Origin: Haplodiscus bocki
Taxonomy: Eukaryota
NCBI GenBank assembly: GCA_965655095.1
Contig: OZ296659.1
Coordinates: 2,356,001 to 2,420,000 of the forward strand
DNA: 64,000 nucleotides
Direction of reading: 5' to 3'
Below, piece after piece: positions 1-13,890 of this stretch; the first letter of the stretch is position 1; the number at the start of each line of letters is the position of its first letter. A program made the translations under genes and the position numbers. The notes beneath the pieces were generated by a model, which saw only the letters and a list, made by a program, of their open reading frames with translations, ran no database searches and had not been told where the DNA came from.

Positions 1-1920
1 TGTTTTTTCAGTCGGCATTTTATCAAGAAGTCAAATCTTATGGTGACTCGGTTTTCTGACCATTTTTTGCACGGAGCCGACAAAATAGAGCATGCGTGGC
101 CTCTGGTTAAATTCTGAATTTCGCGGCACCTACTCGGCGGCAGCAGCACTCAGCTGTTCTCGTGTTGCTGGTGCTCCCTCTCAAGTTGGGATTTGAATTT
201 CTCTGTTCGTGCCAAAAATGATTCCATCATGCTAACTGCACCAAAAGCAATGTATAGTTTGTCGGGACCATGTTGCTTATATACCGCCAGTCGTACAACT
301 TACCTATACCCCCAATTTATGTCACTAAACGGACGATCGCTAAAAAATCCTAGCAAAAATGCGGAAGGTATCAATCATATCGACTAGATTAAAATCTAAA
401 TACGAATTCTGTGGTTGTTGTTCTATCACAGTTTCTATCACAAAGAATCGTTGTTCTATCACAAAGAATCGTTTCAGGAAGTTCGAGATGGCACAAAGTA
501 CTAGTAACTTCAGGTATTTGAATGCGATCGATATTGCATTGATTTCAAATGCGGAATGCGGTAGTTTGCTTACAATACAGGATGGCATCAAACGTAGGTG
601 CTACAATGCAAGGTAGAGATTTATGTTGAATCCTGCGGGCTTTTCGTTCTAATGAATTTAATTAGCATTGCTTTTGTGTTGTTTATGATTTAAACTCGTA
701 TTTGCTTTTGATCATCTGTAAATATTTGTACTTGTACGCTCCGTGAAGGCAACAAAATAACATAATTCGATTTACAAGCTTACATCAACAGCAAAAATTA
801 TGCTACGACATATGTAGCATAAAATAACATGGCATTTTATTTGAATGTTGACATAGTTTCAATGCTGTGTTGAATTTAATGATTTCTCCCAACGCGTTTT
901 GTTTGGGTGGATATACAGTCACGTCAGGAAGTAACCGAAGCAGAAATGGAATAAGCACACGCCGCACAGTTCAACGCCTCAATCAGATTTCTCATAGGTG
1001 AATTTCTCGAAGCAGAGTCAGTTCCTTGAAAAATGAAACAAAAAATTGAGAAACAAAAAATTCTCGACTTTTCTAGTTTACAATGGTTTTTGTATAAAAA
1101 CAGTTTGAATCCTGGTACAAGAAAAGTTCGAAACACGGATTTTACGCTGATTTCGCCGATTTTGTCCGTCTTGAACTTGTTCCGGCCGATCTGAAGATTA
1201 GCTGCAAAAACTTTCAGGGGATTTTCTCAAGATTCGAATTTTGTCTGCAAACATCAATTGTAACTTTTCGGGCAATGCTTCATTCAGATGCGAACTGGAA
1301 GTAAAAGGCAACTTTTTCTGAGACTTCGATTTTACGTATTCGAAAGGCTTCCTGTGTTTTATGAATGCCTGGTTCCAGTTCAGTTGTGGATGAAGCATTT
1401 CCAGGCAAACTAGTAAACTTAAAATTTGGAGAAAAGCTGGAAATTACAGGAAACTCCCCGGAAAGTCTTCGCAATTTGGAGTCAATGGTCAGATATTCTG
1501 GAAAAACAAAAAAACCAAGCTGAAAAAATTAAGGGGACATGCTGAATTACGAACTCTTGTAATTGTCGTTACACAGATTTCAAACAAAAACCATTGCAAA
1601 CCAGAAGAAATTCTAAGAAATGTTTGTTGCTGACGTTTCCCAAGTAACTAGCCGCGCTCTCAGAAATTCAACTCCGAATAAAACTGTTTTCAGCGTTCCA
1701 TTGTACGCTGTACCATTTCTGTTCCTCTTACTTTTTAAGGAGACTAACATGGTATGTTTGTTGTTCCAAAACCTTGCCTGCAGAACAGACTGTTGATAGC
1801 TTTAGAGCCGCGTTTTCCTGGGGCTGCTTCCTAAAAACTCTGCAAGTGAAGTTTTAGGTGTTAATAATTCGTCAGGTAGTAGTGTGTTTTCATAGGACTA
1901 CGTGGAATCAACGGGGGTGC

Positions 1921-2018
1921 AAAAAAAATTCGCCGAACCCGGATTCGAACTTGCACGGTAGTTACTTACGAGACTCTTGGGGAATATCTTGTCCGAGCAT
2001 TTAACCACCAGCTTATCC
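1921..2018 (-). repeat. tRNA-derived SINE head or tRNA pseudogene
   Basis: Minus strand shows A-box-like TGGTGGTTAAATGC, B-box GTTCGAATCC, then a T8 tract; no clean cloverleaf. Confidence 0.5.
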
Positions 2019-2310
2019 AAGCATAGTCAAACACAACTTCATATTTCTTTGATTAGAAAGAATAATCAAAATGTTGTCAATTTATCAAAATTCTGATTCA
2101 TTCTTTTTTTGAACTGTATATTTATTGGAGTAAATTAATTCACAAATACCGAAACCAGCAGAAGCAAACTCTTTTCCTAAATGACAGCGGAAGCTGAAAA
2201 CTACTTTGCATCAGCGATCTTATGCCTATCTTGGACTTACAGGCACTTAATTGGTTACAATTTTATCCACATATTGCTCTGCTCAGACATGTTGTTCCGT
2301 TAGTTATTTG

Positions 2311-2822
2311 AACAAGACGACCAGCTACCACCGGCATATTTTGCGCCTTCCCATTTTGGTGAAGATGCCTTTTTTGAACGAAAGCGTTCTTCTCATACTC
2401 CGTTTCGTAACCATTTCTAAATTTTCATAGTTGAAAAACTTTGCGAATTTCATCCAAAAGCACCTTACAGACAAAATGGAAAGACATTTTTCGAAAGTAA
2501 TACCATTTGATACGCATTTTACAAAAAAAATTATACCACATTAACGATTTTGATGAAATTGAAGGTTTTTTTCGACAAAAAACCATCTATTTTATCAAAA
2601 AACACAAACTTTGGACGTTTTGAGAAATCTTACTATTTCAGTCTTCTACGGCAAATTTACTACATTTTGTCAAGAAAACTTCACGTTCAGAAACGTAAAG
2701 AAATTTTGGCCAACATCGTTTAGCCTGAACGCCGTTGTCAAACATCGGGTGAAGAAACGTCGGATTTTGGGCGTTTGAACGGATGATTTTGCTCCCACAC
2801 TTGAAAAATATGGCGCCAAATA
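2311..2822 (-). mobile_element. ~500-bp interspersed repeat, Helentron/HINE-like non-autonomous element (copy 1)
   Basis: Homologous to 14214-14708, 21131-21645 and 60341-60752; subterminal IR ATTTTGCGCC/GGCGCAAAAT and a terminal CCGG hairpin. Confidence 0.7.
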
Positions 2823-4819
2823 TTAAATCTTTTATTTCTCACCCAACCTCATCAACTAATTATGTTCCCTCAGATGACAATCCGGTTCCAGAATTCAATC
2901 TGCAAAGATCTAATGTTTGCTGTAAATGTAGAAATACTAGTTCAGATTGAATTGTAACTCCAACTGGCTAGTGATAGTCTGAGGCGAAAATTCATCGCAC
3001 CTCTCAAAATTCAGGTTTATTCGTTATTTATTGCTTCGAAGAGCTCTCCATTGTTGAGATGCCTTTCGTACAAATCTCATTCGGATGTTTGTGATGAAAA
3101 ATCAAAAGAGGTTACTCGGAATTGTGAAAAAAAAACAATTTCTGCTCAAAATTTTCATGCAAAGAAGTTCGATGAAAAAAGACTGAAAGGTCTAGACGGT
3201 TTCCTTGAAGTAATCAATCATCTATCGGAGATTGAATTAGGGGAAAACTAATTGTAGCTGATTTGTCATTTCTATAGAATCACTCGATCAAAACTTGTTT
3301 CGAAACGCCACGGTCATCCCAGTTCAACTGAAAAAAAAACGATGAAAGCTTGAAGATGCAACCCGGTCCCACTATATTTGACAAACCGAGGATCAGACAA
3401 GAAAAACTTAACTTCTAAAGAGTGTTCCAATCGTTGATTAAAAAACGCAATCTATAGCTCTTTAGTTGGCTAGGGAAAGAATGACTTTTCAGCTTCGGAG
3501 CTGCGTTTGGCAAAACAGAATCCGATGCTCGGCATAAATCTGAAGATCGTGTATTCATCAATCTTGTAGCTGTACCAAAAAAGGTGGGAAAACTTTCAAT
3601 AGGAGACAAGGGGGTGTCTCAACAATTGCAACGTTGCTACTGATACCCATGTCGGATGGTGGTCTGCTAGGGACTCAGAAAGTACCTATTCCAAGAATCC
3701 AGTTGGCGAGCCTCATCAATTCCTTCTGAAGGCAGTAAGGGAACTCACACGGAAAGATATAGCACGCTTTTCGTTTGAATCTGAATTTCAAAGGAATTTT
3801 GTTTTTTCATGCTTTCATTTTGAAATGCAATTGATGGCAAAGTTCACATTTCCTGACACAAGAAACAGCAATTAGGTTGCCAGGAGCAAAATAAGTCACC
3901 GCGGGCTCGCCCATGGTTGTTTCAGCTGGTTTGCCAATACCGTGTTTTTGTTAATCTTGAGATGGATGGGATCAAGTGGAACAGGACCAGTATCTTTGTG
4001 AATCTCTTTGAGGATTCCTGCGCTTTCATTTTTCACCAGATGTACTCAACATTTTTGTCCTCTTGTATGTGCCTACATTGATTGAAGAAGAGTACAAAGC
4101 CTCTGCACGTAATTTGACAATGAACGTGAACATTCATGCATATTTGGAATCTCACATTGTTTTGGTGTCCCGTGAGCATCTATTTAATAAGAGGATTGAT
4201 GGAATACAACTAGTATAGGCGTACATATTCAGACTCTTTGTTTTGGCTTGCAGTAGGTATCAGTACAGCGAAAGATTGAAGGAACAGACTCAATAAAGGC
4301 AAACATAATTGGACTATTTGATTTTTTTGACATAACTTAGGCATCTAAAAAGTGAAGGATTGATGGATTTTATCTACTTTAGTCACACATGTCTGCACTG
4401 TTTGATTGTTTTCGCATACCTTCGGCAGCTGTATACTGAAAGATTGATGGATAAGACTTATCTTAGGCGTACAAATTCTGCTTGTCAGACTGTTTCAGGT
4501 ATCCGTAGTCAACTATACGCCGAACGTAGGTCTGACTTCATTTAATTCTTTAATGCTTCTGCTTTCCTATTAGTTGATGCATTGGCCAAGTACATTTTAC
4601 AAAACAGAATGACCACATCTTTCAAGTCATTTGAGAGCGCTTGCGGGGACATTCAACACGTACTTGAGAGTAGTTAGTATCTAGCACCACTGAGACACAT
4701 TTTCATTGAAGCAACATATATTGCGAACAAAACACACAGAAGCATTGTGAAAAGACTATAGCTTTTGTAGCAACACATCGTAGCAGGAAAGGCTGTTTTT
4801 ATTCGGTATCGCTTTCAAT

Positions 4820-7300
4820 CTAAAGTCTTTTTCTTTTTGCTCCTTTGAGGTTATGGACAATTTCATCATCACTGAACCAATTGTCAAAGTCTATGAGGTT
4901 TCCCAAGTCCTCCATTGCATTTGCTTAATCTTCCGTCAAAACTGCGGCCACTCGACAGTCATGCCTCCAAATCTTTCATTCTTTCATTGAAAAGCTCATC
5001 CAAAGCCTCACATGCTTCATCGTTTATGAAAAGGCTCGGGGATGTTCCCTGAAAGATTTATTTACATGATCTATATCTTCTCTCAACTCTGAATCTGAAA
5101 ATTCTCAATGGTACCTTCATTGGCACCTTACATGATAGGGGATGACGACACATCCAGCATCGGTTGTGTTAATGATCTAGTTGCGTCAACATGTGTTGCT
5201 TCAGCATTCGGTTGGGGACTTTGGCGCGTATTGAGCTTCAGTAGGGTAATAGCGGAAAATATCAAGCCTGCGCTCATCGCCGATTACTTCATTCCACATT
5301 TGGCCTGACGGTTGTTCGTAATCCCAATCAGGATCAACTCTTATGTTTTGAGAACCATGAACGTCACGTATCAGATACTCTCCAAGCGGTTAAGTTGTTA
5401 TGTAGTCTAAAAAGAAACGCTTGTCGTCAAAGTTACTAAAAGATAGCTTTTCCACTGCAATGGTTTGTAACTGATGGAGCTTCAGTCTTATTCTACTATT
5501 CATCGTTTTGAAGGGTGATCCCGATTGTGAAACGTCCTTATGAAGATCGCGGGCAAGTTGCCGCTGCGCGGGTCGGGTTTTACACTTTTAGCGGAAAGGT
5601 TCTGCTACAACCCGCTCAGAATTGAAAAAATTTGAGCCTTCAAACACACGAACTCTTTGATTGACTCCCCATATTAGTCGCTGTTGACTTTGACTGTGAC
5701 CTATTTGTTCTCGCTGCCATACAGTTTGTGATCTGGATAATTTGAAAGGTCGAAATGGCTACACAAGTCGTTTTTCGCGGCCTCTTCGTAGAAATCTGTA
5801 TGTTTGCGGAAAGAATCGATAAAACTATTCAAGACATGACGGTTCAGGTGTGTCTTCATTATATTGTAGTGAAATTGAAGCACGTGGTATTCTGCTAGGT
5901 CAAAAATAGATGCCCCGAACTGTAGGTGCTTCTCGTTCGTTATGAGGTTGCACCTAGGTTTTCATTGAAAAATTTAATTTGATGAAACTGAGCACAATCT
6001 GTCGTCTGAGACAGCTGGTCTCGATTGCAGATCAAATTAACGGACAATCGGTTCCCTTTTTTCGAGGGTTTTACCATAGAAGGAACTTTTCATCAGTCTG
6101 AAAAAATTCTCTTCGAGCTTGTCATGCGCCCGATGACATCTCTCCGTATTAAGTTGATCGATGGTTCCAACCAAAACAATTGTCCATACTTGAGCACTCG
6201 GTGGAACTTTGTCACTTCTAATCCCATGCTGACATTTAGTTTAAACTTAAAAAATGGTGTTTATAAATTTCTGTTAGCTAGTGATTTTATCAACTTTTTG
6301 CACAAGCTAGATTGACTTTTCTCTCCCATTCGTTGCACCATTCGTTTTTAATCTCCCAAAAACCTTTGTAGTCAACTCTCTCTTGTGGGAGCCAGTAGGA
6401 AGTCTTGATGAACATCACGTAGTTTTTCAACATAACCCAACTCAACTTAGAGAAAATACCCAAACTCTGAGTGATTCGATGTCTCCAATATCGAATTGAG
6501 GTTGAAGGTTTGTATTTGACGGAAATTGTTCGAAAGGAGGGGAAATTCTCCACTATTCCACTGTAAAGGCTTATAATCCACCCCAAAGCTTGTTGACATC
6601 AATCTTTACCCAATTACTGTCATAGTTGCTATAGTCAAGAGTTTCCAAAAAAATGGTTGACTCTGACTCACCTCTTGTAGAAAACTGGGGAAACTCCGCT
6701 ACCAATTATATTTTCCACCATTCCAAGTGCTGCCTGTCAGTCAAAATTTTCATGTCCGCTTGACACTTCCTGAGGAACGGATGTCCGGAGAGATGAGAAT
6801 ATGTCAAATAATGAGCGCTTTCGAGACTATCAATTTTGTGGCAGAATTCACGAAACTTCTCACCAACGCACGCAAGTACAAGAGTGTCTGCTTTTAAGTG
6901 AAGTCGTGATTGTCGCCTGAGTTGTGGCAGCTGAACTTTTGATATGCTTTTCTGGCGTGATGCCATTGACTGAACACTCACTATTGCGAAAGAAATCTCT
7001 CCATTGATCAGGTGGTAGCTGCTTCTTCACATGTGTCGAAATCGTCGAAGTAGGAATTTTCACTTGCCAAGTGGCTGGCTAGTTTATCCCCTAAACAACT
7101 AGATTGCGTTTCCTGTCACCGTTCTACAATTCTGTCTCGGAAATATCGGTAACTCTGCTTTTTGGATTAACTTCAGAGGCTACCTCCTCAAGAGCTGTTA
7201 CAAATTCAGGCATATTCCAGCGATCTCTCCACCCGCACATGTCAGTTTAGGCTGTCCATGTTATATTCCGACTACCTAGAGACCACGTGGTCGATCAAGT
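4820..7300 (-). pseudogene. pPolB remnant with stops, frameshifts and deletions
   Basis: KADTLVLACVGEKFREFC..LESAHY (6706-6981), LQFHYNIMK...FDLSNYPDHKLY (5701-5883), KLSFSNFDDKRFFLD (~5405-5455), acidic tail ending AKRKRL at 4820. Confidence 0.85.
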
Positions 7301-8904
7301 TCTCTGACGTTGGTGTTTTATTTAATTTGACCCAACCTATCGCTGGTTGTACCAAGTCCAAAAAAAGATCCATGGAGCAAACCAACGAGCTGCCAGACGT
7401 TGGAACTTGAGACAATTGTTTTCCGGCACAGGGCTTGGAGCAAAGTGCTGGTTGACATTGCAAACAGCCTTACTCCATGACGCTGGTAACTGTCGTGGTT
7501 CATGCGTAAACGAAAACAACTTCCGCAAAGAACCGGCCCCAATTATTGAAAGAGCGCTTTATTTACGTGAGAAATCTCAAAAAGTTGTACTTAGAACATA
7601 ACGGTACTATTGACTTTCATCTACTCGCAGCAAGTCTGTTTCAAAAAATCGCTCAGACTCTTGATACAATCGCAAGGGCGGGAGCTGTGTGTTATTATAG
7701 CGAAAGATGGAATAACTTTGAAGATGTTCATTTTCTCGAATCGGAGGATATGTGCGATTTCACACTCCCCATTTGCTTGATGACGGAAGGGATTTCGAGA
7801 AAAGTAGCTCTCTGGGCTTGTTCGCTTCTTGATACTATCACGGCTTGCACTATGAAAAAAAGGCCCGTACTTTAGGTGGCAAGCTGCAATAAAGCAAAAC
7901 AGGAAGCAATTATGACCAAGTCGATTTCGTATGTTCAAAATCACAGCCAATGCACGATTACGGTTCAAGGCGGTCGATTTTATATCAAGATGATCAATTT
8001 CGCTGAGTATCTATCCAGTGCCAGACGCTGTGAAAGTAAAAAAAATTGTTGAGCAGTTTGTCCACCATACCAAGGAAACCGGCCTGAGGTAAACTACCAT
8101 TCACGGGTTGCATGTCCGAGCGCCGGCAGTTTCGTTTCCTCTTTCTTGGTCCGCTTGAACAGTTCTAATATTCCGAAGCGTTGAATTTTTCTGGTAGTTT
8201 GAACCACATTCTAGGAAGCCAAGTCATCAATAAGAGGTTTAACATCTGTGAAACATGGCACCAAGTCATTTTACTGGTAGCAAGAAACCACAGTGGCTTC
8301 TCTCTAAAAGTAGATCGAAAAATTACTCTTTCTCCAACATTGTTTTGTCGTCGCAAAATCTCAAGCTGCTGCGTCAACAAATGCTACTACAGTTCTCAGT
8401 TCAAATGACTATCTCAGCCTGAATTTCATTGATATGTCTTCAATCTCGATTTGTCAACAAACATGACCTTCTTGAAAACAGGATCTGCTGAGTGTGTCCA
8501 CCTGCTAGATAATTCCTACGACGTTTATTTTCCTTGTTCAGAGTACTTTCTATCTTATGAAGGTCTAACATGCAAATACATCTCGCTTGAGTTTGGGAAG
8601 CTGCAACAAAAACTACCTTTACGGGTAGAAAAATTGTAGCCCTTGTAAGCTTCAAAGTTGCATATGACGAAGACGGGCAACGTGGGCATGTACGAAATCG
8701 CTCTTTTCATATCTCCGGGGCCCCTGCTATATGGACCACAGCCCACTTTTCGTTTGCAATCTGAATTAATTTCGTTCACGCTTGTAACTTTCCTTCGTTT
8801 TGTATACTTCAAGCCCGTCTTTTGTTTTTAATGAAAACGCTTCCAGCAAAACAATTTCAATTCTTTCGAAAGATTAGTCAATGGATTGAGAACCAGCATA
8901 CTTC

Positions 8905-9320
8905 CTAGAGGATTAAAACTGAATGTTCGATCAAAAGTCGCCACTCTTTTTCACTAATGCATAGGATACAAGGAAAGTAAGCACCAAATACACGATGAGG
9001 AATATAAATACAAGAGCGTACTGGTAAAAGAGAAAATGACTTTTGCAACGGTACCTTCATGAGTTCAGATGTTCCAAAATAAGCAAAACACACTCAGAAA
9101 CGTGCCTTGAACTGTTGCGGGTAATCTAAGTAGGTCGGTAAACAGGTGTTTGTTGTCTCAGTTGAACAATAGGCAATGACTTCCTGGTTGGTCTGCCTTG
9201 TCCGCATTGACAAGAAAACTATTGAAATAGAAGCATAGTGGAAAGTTATTTGCTGAATGAACTCGAACAAACTTACAATCCAAGAGTTTGCATTACTAAT
9301 TCAATTTTTGACAGATTGAG
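8905..9320 (-). pseudogene. Adenain protease remnant
   Basis: RVHSANNFP...FLVNADKADQPGSHCLL...CIYIPH, colinear with the intact protease. Confidence 0.7.
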
Positions 9321-9329
9321 TTCGTCAAA

Positions 9330-10610
9330 CATCTCCGAGAAAAAATTTGTAATAAGAAAAGTTCGGGAAATTATTCGAAGAGAGTGAATGTAGATGGCTG
9401 AAACTTTTTGTTCAAGAAAAAATAATTCAGTGTTGCTTGCCAATGCAGTTGAAAATCGTAGACTGATTGAAATTGTAACGTTTGTAAGTTCAGGGTCTAG
9501 TGTGGTGCCTGCTGAGTAGTGGTACGATCAAACACCACCAAACAATGATTTGGATATTCTGAATACAGTATGTCATGACCATGATGCTCACACGCAAGAG
9601 CTGCCAGTGAAATCGAGTGAATCGTCTTGTCCGAATGCCATCAGGGGCGTTCCAGCAATGGGGTAACCGTTACGGAAAATAGTGATACTGCTCAACTCTA
9701 ACTTTTGGTAATGAAATGGGTTAATACACTCAGCGCCTAGGAATCCAACAATAGTCATTGCGAAAACGGATCTTCGAATAGGTTCTCTTTTAAAAAAATT
9801 TCCTCGGTCCCAACTCTGCACATTGTTAGAGACAAGAAAAAGTTTTGGTATGAGTTCGGTATCGCGGTAACTTGAACGTGCATCTTGGTACGTGTACTCT
9901 CGATGGCAGTATAAATCTTATCTGCAACTTTCATTTTGTGAAAATCCCGTATTGCTTGTGTAAGGTTAGTTTGGTATTCTTTTCCTGCATCATCAAAAAA
10001 TCATGGCAAATTCTGGTCCTTCCACAGAAAGGAGCTCCGAAAGATAACGCCAGTCAAAAGATGTTTGTCACAAGAAACAAAAAACATCTGCTGCAGCGTT
10101 TCCAATGAAAGCAACTATCGATGAACGCCTGATTTCGCTGTCCTTGAGTAAAGGTGGCTGCTGTGAAAGTGTTATGGTTTGTTTGGTAGCTGTATCCCGA
10201 ACATTTCAACCAAATGCTTTGCTTTTTTGTTGCGAGACAATTCTCTTTCAATGAAAGCTATAAGCGCGTAAGTACCATCCGCAGATGAGTTTTTTTAAAT
10301 CTCATTTGGCGTATTACTACAAACAGAAAACAAAGAATGGAGCGTAGTGTTAGCAAATACAGGTGGATAGCAGTTTGCAGCAGTTGTAGCCTCGTGAGCC
10401 AAGTCTGTTCGATCTGGTTTAGTAATTCTACATTTTACTTCGAGGTATATGTTTTACAAGTCAGTAAAAATGGTTCAATCGCCTGCAACTTTAAACTAAA
10501 GTGTTCAACGCTTCGGAGTAGAAATGGAGCCAGTTTTCCTTATTCAAATGATCTTTCTGAAAAAATGAGTGGAGGTGGCTTTCCAATATACCGAGTGCGC
10601 TACGAAATGC
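9330..10610 (-). pseudogene. Major capsid protein remnant
   Basis: FKREPIRRSVFAM...NPFHYQKLELSSITIFRNGYPIAGTP (9588-9821) aligns with the intact MCP FGTEPVRRLTVCM...PFQYQKFQLSKI...GVPIAGTP. Confidence 0.85.
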
Positions 10611-10611
10611 T

Positions 10612-11810
10612 TCAACAGGTTAGACGTTGCACAAAAATTTTGACTCTTGCAGAGAAATCACACCGACTTCTATGCGATAAGTTTTTGGGTTTTATGACTC
10701 TGTGTTCTCTTCCAGCTGAGCCACCTATTTGCTTCGCAACAGTTTTCCGTACGGCCGACTTTTCAGCTTGCTTGATAAACTTTCTTTTTTGATGCAACCT
10801 CTATCAGTTCTGGTACTTCGGGCAAACAACTCAGCCAATTGACTTGACTGCAGGTAGCAGAACTTTTTTTGGCAAATGGAATCAGTAATCACCCAACGCC
10901 TGCTGCGAGAGACCCAAAAGACCTCCCTTTTTGTCTCGCGTGACCAATGACTCGAGGCAGAATGGATTATTGCAACATGATAATGGCATTTTAAAAAATT
11001 TTTGAATTTCAGTGTAAATGCAACTCTTCTGGTACGAACGAGCGGAACTTTTTGACCCGTAACTCTGACAACTTCAATTTGAATTGCTTCAATGGTGGTG
11101 ATTAGCTCCATGAAATGGGCTTCTAAGAAACGTTCTTGAACTGTTGAAGTCACTTTCAAGCAACCGTTCGACAATCTTCTTCGGCTATGAATGATAGGCA
11201 ACAAGGTTGTTTTGACACCTGCAACATGTTCTTCTTCAAAGATAATTGTGTGTGCGAGGAACATATTTATCCCCGTCGTAAGTTCTGTACGATAATCATT
11301 GAGGATTGGTCCCGTCTTCAAGCCAATATCTTTGCTTGCCCGTAAAGTAGGCTTTTTTCGGTGCTTGTCCAAGTCACCCTTAAAACTCAAGGCACCTAAA
11401 ATACTGCGATTGTTGAAATTTGGCCATATTTAAGGTTCGACACAAGAGCTGCTTCCACTTTGTTGATTGAACGGTTTCCTGCAATGGGTTCCTTCTTCGA
11501 AAACTTTCCAGACTTTACACTTTTTTGTATTCACCAGAAGGAAACTCTGTATTGTCCTGAGCTCTAACGAAAAGATTCCAACAGAAACTGGTTGAGAAAA
11601 AAAATTGAATGGTACGTTGCATCTGTATATGAACTACTCGTTCGTTGTAAGTTATTAAATGCTGTTAGGGAATATGATTTCAGCCAAAACCACACGCTAT
11701 TTGCCTTCTAGTTGAATTGGATGCGTAAGTCGCGAAAGACCGCTATTGCGTTTTTGGGGTAAAAACTCACTGAATCGTTAAATTCGACGTAAATAGTAAA
11801 TTCATCCAAT
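10612..11810 (-). pseudogene. Core protein and minor capsid protein remnants
   Basis: DEFTIYV near 11800; EHVAGVKTTLL...IQIEVVRVTGQKVP..RVAFTLKFK; KSAVRKTVAKQIGG...RSRCDF. Confidence 0.75.
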
Positions 11811-11819
11811 TATTTGGGT

Positions 11820-12716
11820 TAATTCCAGCTCGTAAAATTTTCTTTTGATGGTCTCTCTTCTCCCATTCAACACTTAGTATGTTGGTGGGATGAAAGGGGT
11901 AACTTTCGTAATGGCAAAAGTTGCGTCAGTGAAACTGATGTAGCATTTTTTGGAATGCTAAACTCTTCCTTGGTTGTTGAACTTTATTACCAATCGCGAA
12001 TCTTGGTTTGCTGACAAACTTGGTCAACTGTTCTGCAGCTAGAGAAACCAAACGTAGTAGATGCCGTTCTGTAACTTTGCTTGGTGCCAAGCGAGTGACA
12101 CGGTTCACTCAAGAAATCATGGTGTTGACAAATGAATGCAATCTGTTGATTTGATGATAAGTCTGTCTGTTTTCCAGCTGTTTGTAAAAGGTTTTTCAGA
12201 GAACGGATGATTCGTTTAGGAAAAGCAGATTTCATTTAATTTGTGGCCGTGTCCGAGTCGATGTCCGTTTTGTCGCGAAATGATTTGAAAGCTCCCTTAG
12301 ACTCCTTCCTTTGTCGAAGCAGTTCTCTCGGAGTTGAACTCGCTCAATCATCTTTTCAAAAAGTTTGGATGCGTCGTGGGCACTTCTTGTTCCCATTGTT
12401 ACCACTCGAAGATAACATAAGACATCAACTGCGACTAGTAATTATTGGAGATTATTGTATTTGGTTAATTTGTCAACATAAACCACGCCTATTGACCGAA
12501 TCTCGCTAATGCCATAGGAAATACCTTTAAGGCGGGGAAATTTCCATATAAACAGTCGATATTAGGTGCGTGTATTTTTCCCCAGGAGGAACGTTTCAAT
12601 TTTTGAACTTGAGTTTGCTAACTTTTCGCCGACTCTTGGAACTTCCATATGCAGCCGGACCACATGAATCAAGGTTTTCCGGAATTTTTTAGCGGTTCCT
12701 CAGCGGTAGTAAACAT
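11820..12716 (-). pseudogene. Integrase remnant
   Basis: KFPRLK, LLVAVDV, KSAFPKRIIRSLK, NRVTRLAP, KPRFAIG, PPTY, KFYELEL in shifting frames. Confidence 0.8.
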
Positions 12717-13051
12717 CCTTAACTAACTGATAGCGATGTTTTAATCACCTGCGTTAGCTGATAGCGATTTTTTACAAGCGAAACACAGCTCTGTATGTAT
12801 TGTGAACAAAAATTATTGTAAAACTGTATGAATGAGACACCTGAGAAATTTGTAAATTGACGTCTTTCAACAAAATCAAACTTCAAGTTATTGATACGTC
12901 TAATTCACGCAGTGAAAACTGGGCGTCAAAAGCCGATTTTAATTTTTTCAAAACGTGAAACATTTCATCGAAACGGTATAATTTTCCTTCAGAAAAACGA
13001 ATACGGTAACTCAGCTTTCGTTTTTTTTTCATAGATATTTTCATGTCTCAC

Positions 13052-13352
13052 CTTTTGGGGCGAATATGTACTGAGTGGGCGTACCAGACACAGGTACTTC
13101 CAGAGTATGACTCCTCAAATCGATATTGGGCTCAGGTAGTCCTCCGTCCCCTGAAGGGGGGCTCATCACTTTGGATCCTTTGCCTCCCACTGGCGAATTG
13201 GGTCCAGGCAGACCTGAGCTGCTGTCTCCTTCTGGCGACTGATGTTCCTTCATGTTGTGACGTATGCGTTTGTAGTGGTTGTACGTCGCTACTGACAGAA
13301 CCTTTTTGGCGTGTGATTGTCCAATGACGAAACGGTCCAGAAATTGAAAAAT
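13052..13352 (-). CDS. CLPX: Host CLPX exon (start of AAA+ domain)
   Basis: Acceptor ttttgtttag, then [33 protein letters not shown]..., the ClpX signature [25 protein letters not shown]. Donor GTGAGA at 13051. Confidence 0.93.
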
Positions 13353-13454
13353 CTAAACAAAATTGTGATAAATACCGAAAGTTAAATAGTTTTAGGCCCA
13401 CCTGCCCAAATTGCAATTTCCAAAGAAAATTTCATGTCCAAATTTCAATAATTA

Positions 13455-13890
13455 GCAGAGGCGAAGCTGCGCTTCGCAACAGTTGCTCCAAGGGAATACT
13501 CATGAACAAATCGAACAAAGATAACTAATTTTTGAGGGGAACTCGGTAACGGAAACTAGATTAATCAATTAAACAGAAATTTAACTAACTCAGTGATTTC
13601 TATTTTTTTTCAGTTTTTATAGAGAATTTTTTATATACAAATGTAACAAGTACGAGCGGCTATAGCCTTTAATTCGCTTTATATTTAAAACAAGCGCGGA
13701 CGTTGGAAAAAATGCCCTGTGAACAAATTTTACATCTGGCGCGAGAGCGCATGAACAAATTTGTGCAAGAAAGCGAAAGCGCTTGAACAAAATCTAAGCA
13801 ACATTAGAATGAAGGCACTAATGCCAGTTGCGATCGGGTCGGGAAAAAAACGACGCCTGATATAACACTTGTTAGCGCAAGTGTAATTAT
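13455..13890 (+). repeat. Two adjacent interspersed repeats (13455-13680 similar to 23757-23950; 13700-13890 similar to 59285-59460)
   Basis: Shared blocks gaagctg..cttc...ggaatact...caaatcgaacaa...acagaaatttaa.taactcagt, and gcgcgagagcgcatgaacaa...gcaagaaagcg. Confidence 0.65.

Larger units (their letters stand above)
4820..12720 (-). mobile_element. Decayed Polinton/Maverick of a different family (ends not found)
   Basis: Frameshifted remnants of integrase, mCP, core, MCP, protease and pPolB, all on the minus strand. Confidence 0.88.

Noticed and set aside
120-1500. Exon-like minus-strand segments with good acceptors (near 236, 1025 and 1498) as further CLPX exons
   Set aside because: All hit stops in the required phase and show no ClpX motifs such as Walker A GPTGSGKT; the next exon is probably outside the window.
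1921-2018. Functional tRNA gene
   Set aside because: A and B boxes are present, but acceptor and anticodon stems do not pair; treated as SINE/pseudogene.
7347-7875. Plus-strand ORFs in the decayed Polinton, possibly remnants of accessory genes including a PLA2-like gene
   Set aside because: Similarity is too faint to support without a profile search.
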